Below are positions 13,581 through 29,637 of a stretch of 64,000 bases of DNA, one piece after another. Location: assembly GCF_009914755.1 (NCBI RefSeq), contig NC_060928.1; one strand, 5' to 3'. The notes beneath the pieces are model-generated. The model ran no database searches and was not told where the DNA came from. It saw nothing but the letters and a program-made list of their open reading frames with translations. This stretch comes from the human T2T-CHM13v2.0 reference genome, Homo sapiens. Both the position numbers and the translations under genes were made by a program. Numbering within the stretch: the first letter of the stretch is position 1; each line of letters begins with the position of its first letter.

Positions 13581-13904
13581 CCCAGATGAGAACTAAGGGA
13601 CAGAGCTGTAACTATGACCAGCCAGAGTCTAGATCAGCCAAATCACAGGCATTGGAACGATGTTTCAGCTGGCATGGCCCACTTTTTAACTCGAGTTGTT
13701 TGTTGGCATTGTCAACTGTAGTTCAGGAGAGAAGGAGATGGGACCGGGATATTATGCTGAATAATCTAACCCTGAGGTAAAACAAAGCCTGTAGTTCTCC
13801 TCTCACACATGTTCCTTGATATTATGTCCCACCACCACCAGCTTTGGGAATTAGGGCTCCTCTGCTCCAAGTCTCTGTAACCAATAATGGCCTTCCCCTC
13901 CTTA

Positions 13905-14091
13905 GTATTGCAATTCAGAGTGTGATCCCTGGACGAGCAGCATTAGCATCCTCTGGGAACTTGTTAGAACTCCAGATTCATGGTCTCTATCCTAGACTGC
14001 TGAATTCAGAATCATTGGGAGGTGACCTAGGACTCTTTTGAAACAAGATCTCCCAGTGATTCTGATGCTTGCGAAAGTTTGAGAAGCACTG
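13905..14091. mobile_element. MER5A
   Basis: agcagcattagcatcctctgggaacttgttagaa...tgattctgatgc...aagtttgagaagcactg. Confidence 0.85.
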
Positions 14092-14110
14092 CTCAACACT
14101 ACCACTAGAT

Positions 14111-14262
14111 CAGTGGTTCTCATCCTGGGAGTATATCCAAACTAAATGTTTGGGATTTTGAGGGGGTGGGGGTGAAGGGAGCTTATTTTAAATCAGACTA
14201 AATTCAGCTTCCTAAGTCCTGTCACCACAGTGATTCTAATTGAGTAGGCTGGGGAAACAGTG
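14111..14262. mobile_element. Second MER5-type element (degraded)
   Basis: Begins cagtggttctca and contains cagtgattctaat. Confidence 0.55.
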
Positions 14263-14416
14263 GTATAGGTGAAAAACATGACTTGGATTTCAGAAACCAG
14301 GGTTGGCAGTCCAGCTGAGCCACTCCAATACTGTGTGACTCCTCTCTGAGAAGTGCTAGTGGAACCAGATGAACAATGTGATCCTTTTTCATTCCGACAT
14401 TCCACAATGTGCATGA

Positions 14417-14801
<385 letters not shown>

Positions 14802-17800
14802 TGGGCATCATTCTTTCTCACTCATTCCATTCCACCTCTTTTAGGAAAGTGGACATTTATCTTGGTAGCAATATGCAAACAGACACACATATATGTACAT
14901 ATGAAATAGCTTTCTTTTCAACCATGATTTAATAGAAGGCTTACAAATATATTAGTTGTGGGAGGAATTTAGGCATTTTGTAACTTTAAGGTAATAACTT
15001 TTTATTGGCAACAAAAGGCACAAAAATCACTGCCAGCATGAGGGCAGTTTGAAGAGATTAAAATCATACAAGCATTGTTTCATAAACATCCATTTTTGTC
15101 TGGCATGGTCTTAGCAAAAGCTGATTTTTCAAAGGATATTTTAAGTATGCTCAATCAGGTGTTTGGAATGAAATCCTGTACTGCAGTTCTCCCTATGAAG
15201 GTTTGGTCAGAATTGATTATTTCTAATGTCTAGTTCTGCAAGAGAATAAAAGGAAAATGCTCTCAAACATTTATAACATATATTTTACATGACAGTAGCT
15301 AGGTTGTCATCAAAATCTTGAAAATAACCCGGACATATTTAAGTGGAAGATACTGTACTCAATGCTGCTATAGGAACAAACTGTACTATGTACCTTATCT
15401 CTGAAAATTCAGTTACTGAGTAAAACTTCTTAGTTTTAAAAGCTGGTAATAATCTATTTAGATCTTCTTTTTAAATCAGATTATTCATTAATGATTGCCA
15501 TATATTAGTTCTCATATATCAGTGAATTGGCAAGAAATATTGAAAATTGGCCCATAAAAATAACTTCTCTAAGTCAATAACAATTTCCCCATTGGATTTA
15601 AGCTCCAGATCAGAGCATGAAGGCAAACTAACTAGTTTTGTCTGCTGTGCAAAAGGACTTGCATGACCCTCAGTAAATATCTGAATGTCAAACATAAAAC
15701 CTTGGCTCTTCCCTGTCTTGCATTTGATTCTGAACATTTCAAAGCCCCAGAGTATCAGATACTTAACGTTAATTGAGCTCCACAAAAAGCCAAGCTTTTA
15801 GATGTTATTGTGATAGTCACTTACTGCCAAAAACACATGCAGAAACTATAGTAATGCTGGCTTTAGAAGGACAGAATTTTTGTCTATGATTCCTTTTATT
15901 TGTGCTTAGAATAACTTTATACTGCTGAGACAACAAATAAAGCTAAGGTCACCAGCAGAAACTGGAGCAAATCATGGAATTTTCAACGACGATTCTTTTG
16001 AATCTGGTGCTGAACCAACTGAGAAAAAATAGTGTTAAATTTACTGAGCTGAGGGAGTTCTCTGAATAGAGCCCCAAAGACACATAAAAATAACAGTTTT
16101 GGAAAACAGGTAAAATTGTGAAGCTGTGGAACTAAAATGAAATCAACGGAAGCATAGAATGTAATGTTTCACTTAATTGTATTTTGTTGTTGTTTTGTTT
16201 GAGGGACATACACTATCACGTTTGTTACTTTGACTCAAATGGCCAAATATGCAGAACCTAGTGATTTTTAGCCTGTTAGGGTAAACTATAGAAGCTCTTC
16301 TTTATGCATGAATTTTTGTAATCTGCATGTCACTCGTCTCTCGCAGAATGAGATTGGTTTACACTAAGCATAAACTACGAAATAAAATTTTGGTCTTAAG
16401 AATAAAATGAGTATTTTCATAATCAATTTTCTGTGGACAAAAGAATTCTCTAAGATATGTTTGGCTGACTAATAACTGTATCTGTAAGCAGTTAGCTATT
16501 GCCCACCCCCATATACAAGCTACTTTAAAAAAAATTCTCTAAATCTAAGTAGTTTTGAAAGAAATTATTAGGCTTTTACCTTTCCACCAATTTGAAGCTT
16601 GTGGGGGTGTCATCTGGGCAGGATTTTTTTAAAATAGCATATATAACTGGAAGGCTGTGGTTTGACATTTCAGTATACTAAAATAACCAGCTAGATTGTA
16701 AATAAGCACATTCAATAAGGAGGATTTCAAGACCAATCATAAAACAACTTTATTCTGACTGTACCATATGCTTTCGTTGCCCATATAGCTCCTCCTTTGC
16801 ACCACAAACATTACTTTTAGTCCTAAAATAATCCAGTTATTGAAATTCAGTGTACAGTTCCAGATGACAGTAAAATTTCTGAACTTCATTTAAAGTAAGT
16901 TTCTTCACAATGTTCTCCTCTTTTCAGTTCTTGCCATGCAAAACAGGTGTTTAGTGGGTTTCTTCTCAGTTTCTCCACCTGATATTTCCACTTGACTCTT
17001 GTTTGCTAGACTACCTCTGACTCCTACATGGTTAAGATGGAAGGAAGAGGGAGAGGGGAGCATAAGTTTGGGCAGGAAAGGTCTTAAGTGACTGTCTTTG
17101 ACAGAATCCAGTTTCAGTTTTTTCATAGGAAGATGGATAAAGATGAATCTCTCACTTAGGCAGATTTTTGAAAGCTGAATGGTAGTATAAGTGATTTCAT
17201 GGGATTTTTGTATTACCCCATTGAGGAAAGTTTGACAGTGAAAATGAATGATGCATGTTCTTCCATCTGGATGACCATTTACATTTCCTTTTTGTGCTCC
17301 TGGGAATCCAGTTGTATACCTTTTCTGTGGATATCACAGACACCTGCAGAAAGTTGCTTTGGGCTTCCAGGCAAGCACCATCCCCTGCCCCTGAGAAATT
17401 TATGCAGCCTTCCTTTCACTTTTGTAGTGGAATTGTAGCTAGCTCCCTATGCATCTTAGTCTCTGTTTCTCTGCTTTGTCCTCAGACTCTACGGCAAACG
17501 TACTAAGCTTCCATGAATCCCTTATCATTACGTTTAAATGAGGGGAAAGCATCAAATCAACCTCTGTTCTGAGTATGGCAGAGGGACAAGAGAGGAGAGA
17601 AGAGATGCCATAGCCCTTCACTAACGTAAATAGACCTGCTAGTGGCATGAGATACTCTGCTCATTGGAGTGTGTTCTTCATGTTCACGCACAAGTTTTCA
17701 GGAGCATAGTGAACTTCCTCAGGATCATCTGCAGTCTTTAATGACATCAGGTTTGTGTGCTCTGCAGCTGGTCAGCCTGTCCTCGGCATTATATTCTCTG

Positions 17801-18478
17801 TGTTAGGAAAAGCTCAGGTGCTATTAGTACTGGCCCAGAGCTACTTCATTCTCTTGCTTCCTGTCAGTGCTGAGGCTGGAAAACACTCAGATTTGAAAAT
17901 GCCTCTAAGCTTTCCAATATGCCTTCTGAAACTTCATAATGAAGGAACTCCTCATACAGCCAGTGCTTTCTCTGAAGACTCTTCTGGCATTAACTAAAAT
18001 GCGTCTCTCCCCTGAGAATACCCTCAGGCCCTCTTTGAGGGAAGGTTATTTTCTCATGTCTGTTGTAATTCTATTTTAAGGATTAAAGGTAGTGTCACAT
18101 CGATCAATCCTCCATGTGCTTGTTGAATAACAAAATTAAACAAGACAAAGAAAAGTCCCTCTGCTTTTTTGAAGATCCTGGTATTGAGATGCACTCCCAG
18201 AGAGTCAACAATAAGCACAGTAAAGATTATGCACAGACCATATAAGGATTATATTGACTTTGTGGGGAGCTTCTTTTAGTTACAACATGGAAAATTCATA
18301 TGTACTTGGCCTTCAAATCCTGTTTTTTAGGTAAAGAATTTTAATAGTAGAAAGAATTATGATACCAGCCCATATCTATTTTTTTAGCAGATATCCTAAG
18401 GAATTTTGCATTATTACAATTAGATTAAGCCAAACAAAAATTGGCATCTAAACATAAGTGATTTAAGATTGTAGGAGA

Positions 18479-19050
<572 letters not shown>

Positions 19051-20219
19051 CAATAATCTAGAGGCCACTTAAGCCATCCTCAAACTGTGCATATTTATAA
19101 TCCTTTCATCTTCTTGTTAATAGATAGCATAGATGTATCACACTTTTTATAAATATGTGGATTTTTTTATATTATTTTCTTGAGATATAGTCCCCTAAGT
19201 GGGTGTATAAAGAGAAGGGCTTATAATGGGGTTTTCTTTCATTCTCTACATGTTGTCACTTTATAGCTTTGATTTTCTTTGCTTGAAGCTTTATAATATC
19301 CTGTTTTAATATTAGTTATAGAAAATTCAGCTTAGCTAGTGGTTTACATATGCACAAAAAATTTAAATTGAATCGTATACTTTCTTGTGGAGATATATAT
19401 ATGTGTGTGTTTTCTTTTGTTTGACAATACATAAAATATGTCTTTGGTTCTTAAATATCCTAGAAATATCAAAGTAATTCAGTGATTGAGACTGAATTGA
19501 AAGTAATTCAGTGATTGAGACTTTTAACAAGTTTCTGTAGATTTTTTTTTCCATCCATTTCTCTCCCCATAGATCTCAGGGAATCTCAAATTTCAGCTCT
19601 GATTCTTTTAAAAATCAAGCGATTTCTATCTCTTTTTCTTCTCTCTTTCTCTCATTATTAGCATCATCTATCCACACATCTAACTCTAGCACCTTTGACT
19701 AGGTAGCCACCAGATCTACATATCTAGCCCAACCATTTTCTGAGCCCCAGTTATGGATTTCCAAATCCCTGCTTGACATCTCTGTCTCTATAACAAACGA
19801 ATGAAAGGAATGCACTTTACAATGCACACTACCTTTTTCACTACCACTGTCACTGTGACCCTACTTGCCTTTAACTTTACTGTTGATTATAATAACAACC
19901 TCTAAACTTGCCTTTCTTTTTTTTCTCTTCTATATTCTCCAGCTAAATTAATCTTTCTAAAACAGAACTCCATTCTATGTTCACAAACCTCAACAGAAGC
20001 TTTAATATCTAATTTGGTAGACAATTAAAGTCCTTGGCAAGGCATTTCCAGCTGCTGAAAAGTTTCACCTCAGCCTATCTTTGCAGCTTTGCCTGCCTTG
20101 GTTCCTATGCTCACTCACTTTCAGACTCTGCTTTTGCAACCCTAATTAAACTGCTTTCCAGCGATGCTATTAATTGTCCAAGTACTACCACAATGGACCC
20201 AAGATCTACCTCAAAGGTA

Positions 20220-20583
<364 letters not shown>

Positions 20584-20601
20584 TGAGAGATTTAAAAATG
20601 A

Positions 20602-20913
<312 letters not shown>

Positions 20914-20921
20914 AAAAATGA

Positions 20922-21368
<447 letters not shown>

Positions 21369-21454
21369 CTATTGTTGGGACTCAATGTGGTGTTGAGATT
21401 TAAAACAGCACAGTTCTATAATTGTTGACAGTTTAGTAAAACTTGAGTTGCTTA

Positions 21455-23097
<1,643 letters not shown>

Positions 23098-23114
23098 AGC
23101 TAAGAAAAAAAGAT

Positions 23115-23425
23115 GCAGAGAGGCATATTCTTTTCTCTTGCTATCCCCTCTACCTGAAATGATCTTCCCTGTTTATCTGTGTGGCTCACTGCCTCATTGC
23201 CTTCAAATGTTACCTTTCAGTTACGCCTGCCTTGATAACTAATCTAAATGTCAAAAATTTCTTCTTTATACTTACTACTAACATCCAAATATTTGACTTA
23301 TTTTCATATTTATTGTCTACTTCCTTATGAAGTGAGGAATTTTTGTTTGTTTGATTGCTTGCTATAATTCTAGCTTCTAGAAAATGCCTGGCACACAGTG
23401 TATGTTTAGCGAAAATTTGAAGTGA
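23115..23425 (+). mobile_element. L2 3' fragment
   Basis: cctctacctgaaatg...tctagaaaatgcctggcacacagt. Confidence 0.7.
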
Positions 23426-25040
23426 CAGATAACACTTAGGTCTCAAGCAGCCTGGTTTGTATGGACACCGCAAGTGGTTCTTAGTGGCTGGATCATAGTG
23501 TGTGTCGGATGTGATGATAAATAAGTCAGTAAAGGAAGGGAAAAGCCCTGTGACTGAAAATCTTACATAGACATATTAAGTACAGACAAATAGAGAATGA
23601 TGGAAGGAAAGTGAGCAGAGAAATAAAGTGATAGTCATGTTGCATTAGTGGCAGCAGAGAATAATGCCTGCCAACATACCATTTCTTCCTTTCGCCCTTC
23701 CTTCTTTCCTTTTTTTTTTTTTTCTTAATAAGAAGTGGTCTCTGAAATTGTTTGTTTTTTTATTCTCCCACCCTTTCCATAATAGTTTATGTTATCAAGT
23801 AGTTAGAAGTATTGGTGACACTAAAGATATATAATTTGTAGGATTAATTTATAATTGTTTATTATTTTATTTTAGACTATTCTCCCCCAGGTTTCATTCA
23901 GACATTTACTTATTCAGTTTCAAGTCAGTTTCTAGTCTCAATGTTAACCTTGTTTAAAAAAAAAAAAAGAAAGAAGAAATTTAGACAAGATAAAACACTT
24001 TGCCATCCAGAAAAAAATATATATGTCTTCCCAACTTTCCTTGACAATTAGCAGCATTTAGATTTTCATGCCAAAATCAGGGTAACAAGCAATGTCCATG
24101 GGCAAGGTGAGAAAAGTAACAATTTTTTATTTGGTTTGAAATTATTATTTAGGCCAAAAATTGTGAACCTAAACTGATTGGTGTTTATTTTACCCTTTAA
24201 GGGAAAAACCTATTTATCGACCAATAAAGAAATTACAATGCTTTCTTTCAGTTCTTTGTTTAAAATGCACTGTAGTGCCGTATGATTTGCATGTTAATGA
24301 TGTGAATCTAACTGTATAATAAATAGGAAGAGGAAGATAAAACTTGTTTCAAAGAGCAGGCTTGTTTTACTTGATTTCCTCCTTAAATGTTTAACTTGAG
24401 AACGCATCTATGAGGTATGCTTATGTGAAAGCTAATAATTAGTGATCATCAAATGGAGTGTCAATGAAGCCAGAAGTTTCATTCTCAGATTTCTCAGTCA
24501 GAAAGCAACTGGACACTGGAGGCATTGAACATCGTTGAAAGGCAGATATAATGTAGTAAACAAGAGGCACACAGAATTTCTTCTGTGCAGTATAATCTCT
24601 GAAATCAAAAAGCATGAAGCCTCCACAATTTCTGTTTCTCTCTCCAACTTCCCTCCCTAACCTAATTCAAGCGTGCAATTGAGATGCTTTGTATTTTGTG
24701 CTTTGCATTAGTTTCCTGATATGTTGTTACGCATGTTCTCCTTAAGTAAAATAGCAAAATAAAACCAATTTTTAAATAGTAATGTGTGATTTGAGGAAGT
24801 GTGTCTTAGAAGCACTGAATCACTAGAAATTGAAAAAAGCATAATCTGTATTTCTGAAAGCCATCCAGTTTCCGTTTATTTACAACCTTTGAGCCATTTC
24901 ACAAATTGAAAAGCAACCATCCAGCCATTTCATGTTTATATTATTATATATTTAAAAGATCCTAAGACCATTATCAGCATGCAGTAGCCCTCTCACTGAA
25001 CAAAGACAGATTAGAGGTAAATGAAGAAATTCCTCTAAAT

Positions 25041-25271
25041 CATTGTTTCTCAAACATGGGTGATTTTCCCTTCCAAAGGACATTTGGCAGTTTCTAGAGA
25101 TATTTTTGTCACAATGAGAGGTAGTGAGTGCTACTGGCATCTAGTGTGTAGAGTCCATGGTTGTTGCTAAACATCCTACAATGCAAAGAACAACTCTTTA
25201 CACCCAAACTCACACAAGAAAAGAATTGTGTGGCCTAAAATGTCAGTTAGTACCATGTTTGAGAACTCTTG
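25041..25271. mobile_element. MER20
   Basis: ggacatttggcag...tgctactggcatctagtg...gctaaacatcctacaatgca; 8-bp TSD ctctaaat / ctctgaat. Confidence 0.88.
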
Positions 25272-25344
25272 CTCTGAATAAAGATATGAAGCCAGATCAT
25301 ATCCTAAATTTTAAAAGCTTTTCCTATTGTGGAAAGCATTAGGC

Positions 25345-25860
25345 TTGTGTTACTTACTAATAAATAACAATGCTACGGCAAACTTAATGGCTTAAAACAA
25401 TACACATTTATTATTTCAGAGATTCTCTGTCAGGAGACCAGGTACAGCACAATCCTAGTGCTACTCTGGATGAAGTTCTCATCTGAAACCTTGACTGAGG
25501 AAGAATCTGTTTCCAAGCTCATGTGGTTGTTGGCAGTGTTCAGGTCCTTGTAGACTGTTAAACTAAGGGCTTCAGTTTCTTGCTGGCCACTGGTCTCAGC
25601 TCCTTGTCCCATGGCTCTCTTCTTGGGTAGCTCACAACATGTCAGCTTGTTTCTTCTAAGCCATATGGAAAATCTGCTTACAAGATTAAGTTAGAGTTTG
25701 CTATAATGTAATCACGTGCACATAATCACATACATCCCACCACCTTAGCCTTATTCTATAAGATATAAGCAAGTACAGGCTCCACCCACATTCAAGGGGT
25801 GGGAAATACACAGAGCTGTGAATATCAGCAAGAGGGGCCACTCTAGAGCCTGTCTGCCCT
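25345..25860 (-). mobile_element. MLT1 (D/E/F-like) LTR
   Basis: aacttaatggcttaaaacaa...gaatctgtttccaagctcatgtggttgttggcag. Confidence 0.75.
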
Positions 25861-26088
25861 AGAAAAGTCATCTTTCTTCTCGTTTGTTTGCATGTGTTTT
25901 TTTTTTTTCATTTAAAGAATATTGCTATGTATTTAAAGTTAATAGTCTAAATGTGAAAAGTCTGCTAGTAAAATATACATACCATTATCCAGACAACTAA
26001 GAGAAGGGGAGACCACAGAACCCCCTCACGTGATAACCATCACCACTTTTTCATTTGTGTAAAATATTTTCAACGACATCAAAATGCT

Positions 26089-26397
<309 letters not shown>

Positions 26398-27193
26398 CAA
26401 AATGCTCTTTTATAGTCAACACACAAAATTGCCTAGTTTTATTTGTGCCCTTTGTTCTGTAGACCTGCACTTTGTCACTCTTCTTTCTGTTTCATTTTCT
26501 TTCTCTATGTAAAAGACTTTCCACATTATTTGGGGTTGGAGGATTGAGGAATGGAAAAGCCATCTTGGATTTTTCTTCATTGCCAGTGGTAGATGGAAAT
26601 TCTCTTGCATTTAGAATACATAATTATAAATAGGATAAATGGAATAGTGAAAGACTAATAAGGTAATGTGAGTCACATAACACAAAAATAGTTATTGAAT
26701 CTCTCTCTACCCTAAATTAAAATGGACTTGTTATAATAAATTTTGTTTACTAGATCTTTGCTGGAGAACATTGTTTATTATACTTTTAGTATAAGCTGAA
26801 TGTTCATTCCTTGATACTGAACTCTGTTTTCCTTTGCTTATAATATAAGTCAACTTAATTTCTACATAGTGTTGGAAACTAATTTCAAAAGTGAAAGGGT
26901 AATACTAAAAAGATAATATTAAATAGATTCACTGTTAAGCAAGGTGATACAAATATTGCTAAATACGAGTTTTATGATTACATTGAATTTTTTTATCCAT
27001 TGTCTTCTTTCGAGGTCTACAAATAACTAGAGTTCTTTTCAGATACTATTTTATCTATTTGATTTGTACTGTAAGGCATATTCTGTGGTCAACATATGTG
27101 AGGACTGATGATACTGCATTATGTCAGATTGAAAGTGTACTTTGCACTTTTTTAGGAGACACCAGAATTTCTGTTTTACATAAATTGTACCCA

Positions 27194-27338
27194 GGCCAGG
27201 TGCAGTGGCTCACGCCTATAATCCCAGCACTTTGGGAGGCCAAGGTGGGAGGATCTTTTGAGTACAACAGTTCAAGCCCAGCCCAGGCAGCATACAGTGA
27301 AACCCTGTCTCTAAAAAAAAAATAGAAAAGAAAAAAAG
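27194..27338 (+). mobile_element. FLAM / Alu left monomer
   Basis: Monomer with A-rich tail. Confidence 0.8.
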
Positions 27339-27998
27339 AGCTGTATTCATAATGCAATTTTTAGGAGATGTGGAAATTATATCATCAAATAGTTTTTTTT
27401 TCCTTTTTAGATAATTTCCCTATATGTTTGCACTGCTTGCATATCTCATATGATTTTTCACATGTATATCAAATATTTAAAACCTTTATTCAGCACTTGT
27501 TATGTATCAGAAACTGTGCTGGATTGCTGGATGCTCAATATTACAGTATCATTCATAAGTCTATTTTATCCAGTTTTTTTTTTTTTTAAGGGAACAACAC
27601 TTAGTCCAGTTTAGGGACTTGCCCAAAGTTTCACAGCAAGAAAATACAAGAACTGATACTCATAAAGAACTGTTTCTTCCCCTGATGCACGGCCTTGCCT
27701 GGCTAGTGGTATAAAATATGACCACTTTCCAGCAAGAATGAAATTTTGAATTCTTTTCCTGAATTAATGTCTAGAAAATAGCCATATGATGAATACAGAT
27801 GTAAGTAATCCAAAAATGACAATTTCACTCTACTTTTTTTATTTTCTGCTTACAATCATTACAAATCACAGATATTCAAACAATTAGTGATATAATTAAG
27901 TAAACGGAGTTGGGCCTGGGAGGGAAGAAGAGAGTAGAGAGTATGAGAAATAAATGCCTGGGAGGGAAGAAGACAATAGTGAGTTTGAGAAAGAAATA

Positions 27999-28213
27999 AC
28001 CCTAAAACTCAAAGTATAATAAAAAAAATAAAATAAAATAAAATAAAATGGGGAGGCATGAATAATCCACCCCTTGTTTAGCATATCATCAAGAAATAAC
28101 CATAAAAATGGACAACCAGCAGCCCTCGGGCTGCTCTGTCTATGGAGTAGCCATTATTTTATTCCTTTACTTTCTCAATAAACTTGCTTTCACTTTAAAA
28201 AAAAAAAAAAAAA
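27999..28213 (+). mobile_element. Extremely 5'-truncated L1PA with a 3'-transduced MER41 LTR fragment
   Basis: L1PA terminus accctaaaactcaaagtataat plus A-rich tail, then MER41 sequence up to aataaacttgctttcacttt and a second poly(A). 11-bp TSD agaaagaaata at 27988-27998 and 28214-28224. Confidence 0.85.
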
Positions 28214-28846
28214 AGAAAGAAATATCCACATCATTGAAGATGAGAAGGGACCTTTTAAGTACACAGGAAATAAACCCAGGATGATTAGAAGAGAAAGAGC
28301 AAAGGTGAGGAGCTCAAGTGGAGGTTTGAGAGGTTAGCAGAACATGGATTGGAGGGCTTTTTACAACAAGTTTGAGGATTCTGAATTGATGAAATCGATG
28401 GGAGTTTTTAAAGTGAGAGAACATCAAATTTGCATGTTTCAAAGGTCAATCCTGCTGCAAGATGAAAGATAGATGGTAGGAAATCATGGGATGATGCAGA
28501 GAGATGATTTAACTATTGGTACACACAACAACGTGGGTGGACCTCAAAGCATTATGCTTAGTGAAAAAGTCTACCTCAATGGTTCCCTGCTGTATGATTT
28601 CATTTATATAACATCCCTGAAACAGTGAAACTATAGAGTTGTAGAACAGTTTAGTGGTTGCCAGGAGATAGGGATGGGGTGAGTAGTTGGTATGAATACA
28701 AAGGAGTAGCACAACACAATTCTTTAATAGTGATGAAACAGTTCTGTATCTTGAATGTGGTTGTGGTTATACAAATCTGTACATGAGATAAAATTGCAGA
28801 GAACTACACACATGCACACATGAATGGAGACTTTTTGAAATGGTGA

Positions 28847-29637
28847 TGTATTAGTTTGCTAAGGCTGCCATAACAAAGTAACAGGCACTGGCTGGCTTAA
28901 ACAACAGAAATTTACTGTCTCACCATTCTGGAGGCTAAAAGTCCAAGCTTCAACTGTCTGTAGGTTTGGTTTCTTCTGAGGCCTCTCTCCTTGGTTTGTA
29001 GATGACCACTGTCTCATTTTGTCTTCACGTGGTCATCCTGATATGGTTTGGCTCTGTGTCACCACCCAAATCTTATCTCAAATTGTAATACCCACATATC
29101 AGGGGAGGGACCTGGTACATGACCATTAACTTGGGAGGTGATTGGATCCTGGGAACAGTTCCCCCATACTGTTCTCATGATAGTGACTGAGTTCTCATGA
29201 GACCTGATGATGATTTTAAAAGTGTTTAGCAGTTACCCCTTCACTCTCTCTCTTGCTTGCTGTCATGTTAGACATGCCTTGCCTCCCCTTCACCTTCCGC
29301 CATGATTGTAAGTTCGCTGAGGCTTCCCTAGCCATGTGGAACTGTGAGTCAGTTTGACCAATTTGGTATAAATTACCCAATCTCAGGAAATGTCTTTACA
29401 GCAGTGTGGAAACAGACTAACCCACATCCTTTTGCTGTGTAATCTATGTCCTAATCTCCCCTTCTTATAGGGACACCAATCATATAAGATTAGGGACCAA
29501 CCATGTGACCTCATTTTACCTTAGTTACTTTTATAAAAGCTCTATGTCTCCAACTAAAGTCACATTCTGAAGTACTCAAGATTAGAACTTCAATGTATGA
29601 ATTTTGGGGAAAGGGGAGCATAATTGAGCCCATAACA
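28847..29637 (-). mobile_element. MLT1B-like LTR interrupted by THE1
   Basis: tgtattagtttgctaaggctgcc...cccataaca; 5-bp TSD ggtga at 28842-28846 and 29638-29642. Confidence 0.85.
29039..29424 (+). mobile_element. THE1D/MSTA-type solo LTR
   Basis: tgatatggtttggctctgtgtc...gactaaccca; 5-bp TSD catcc at 29034-29038 and 29425-29429. Confidence 0.88.
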
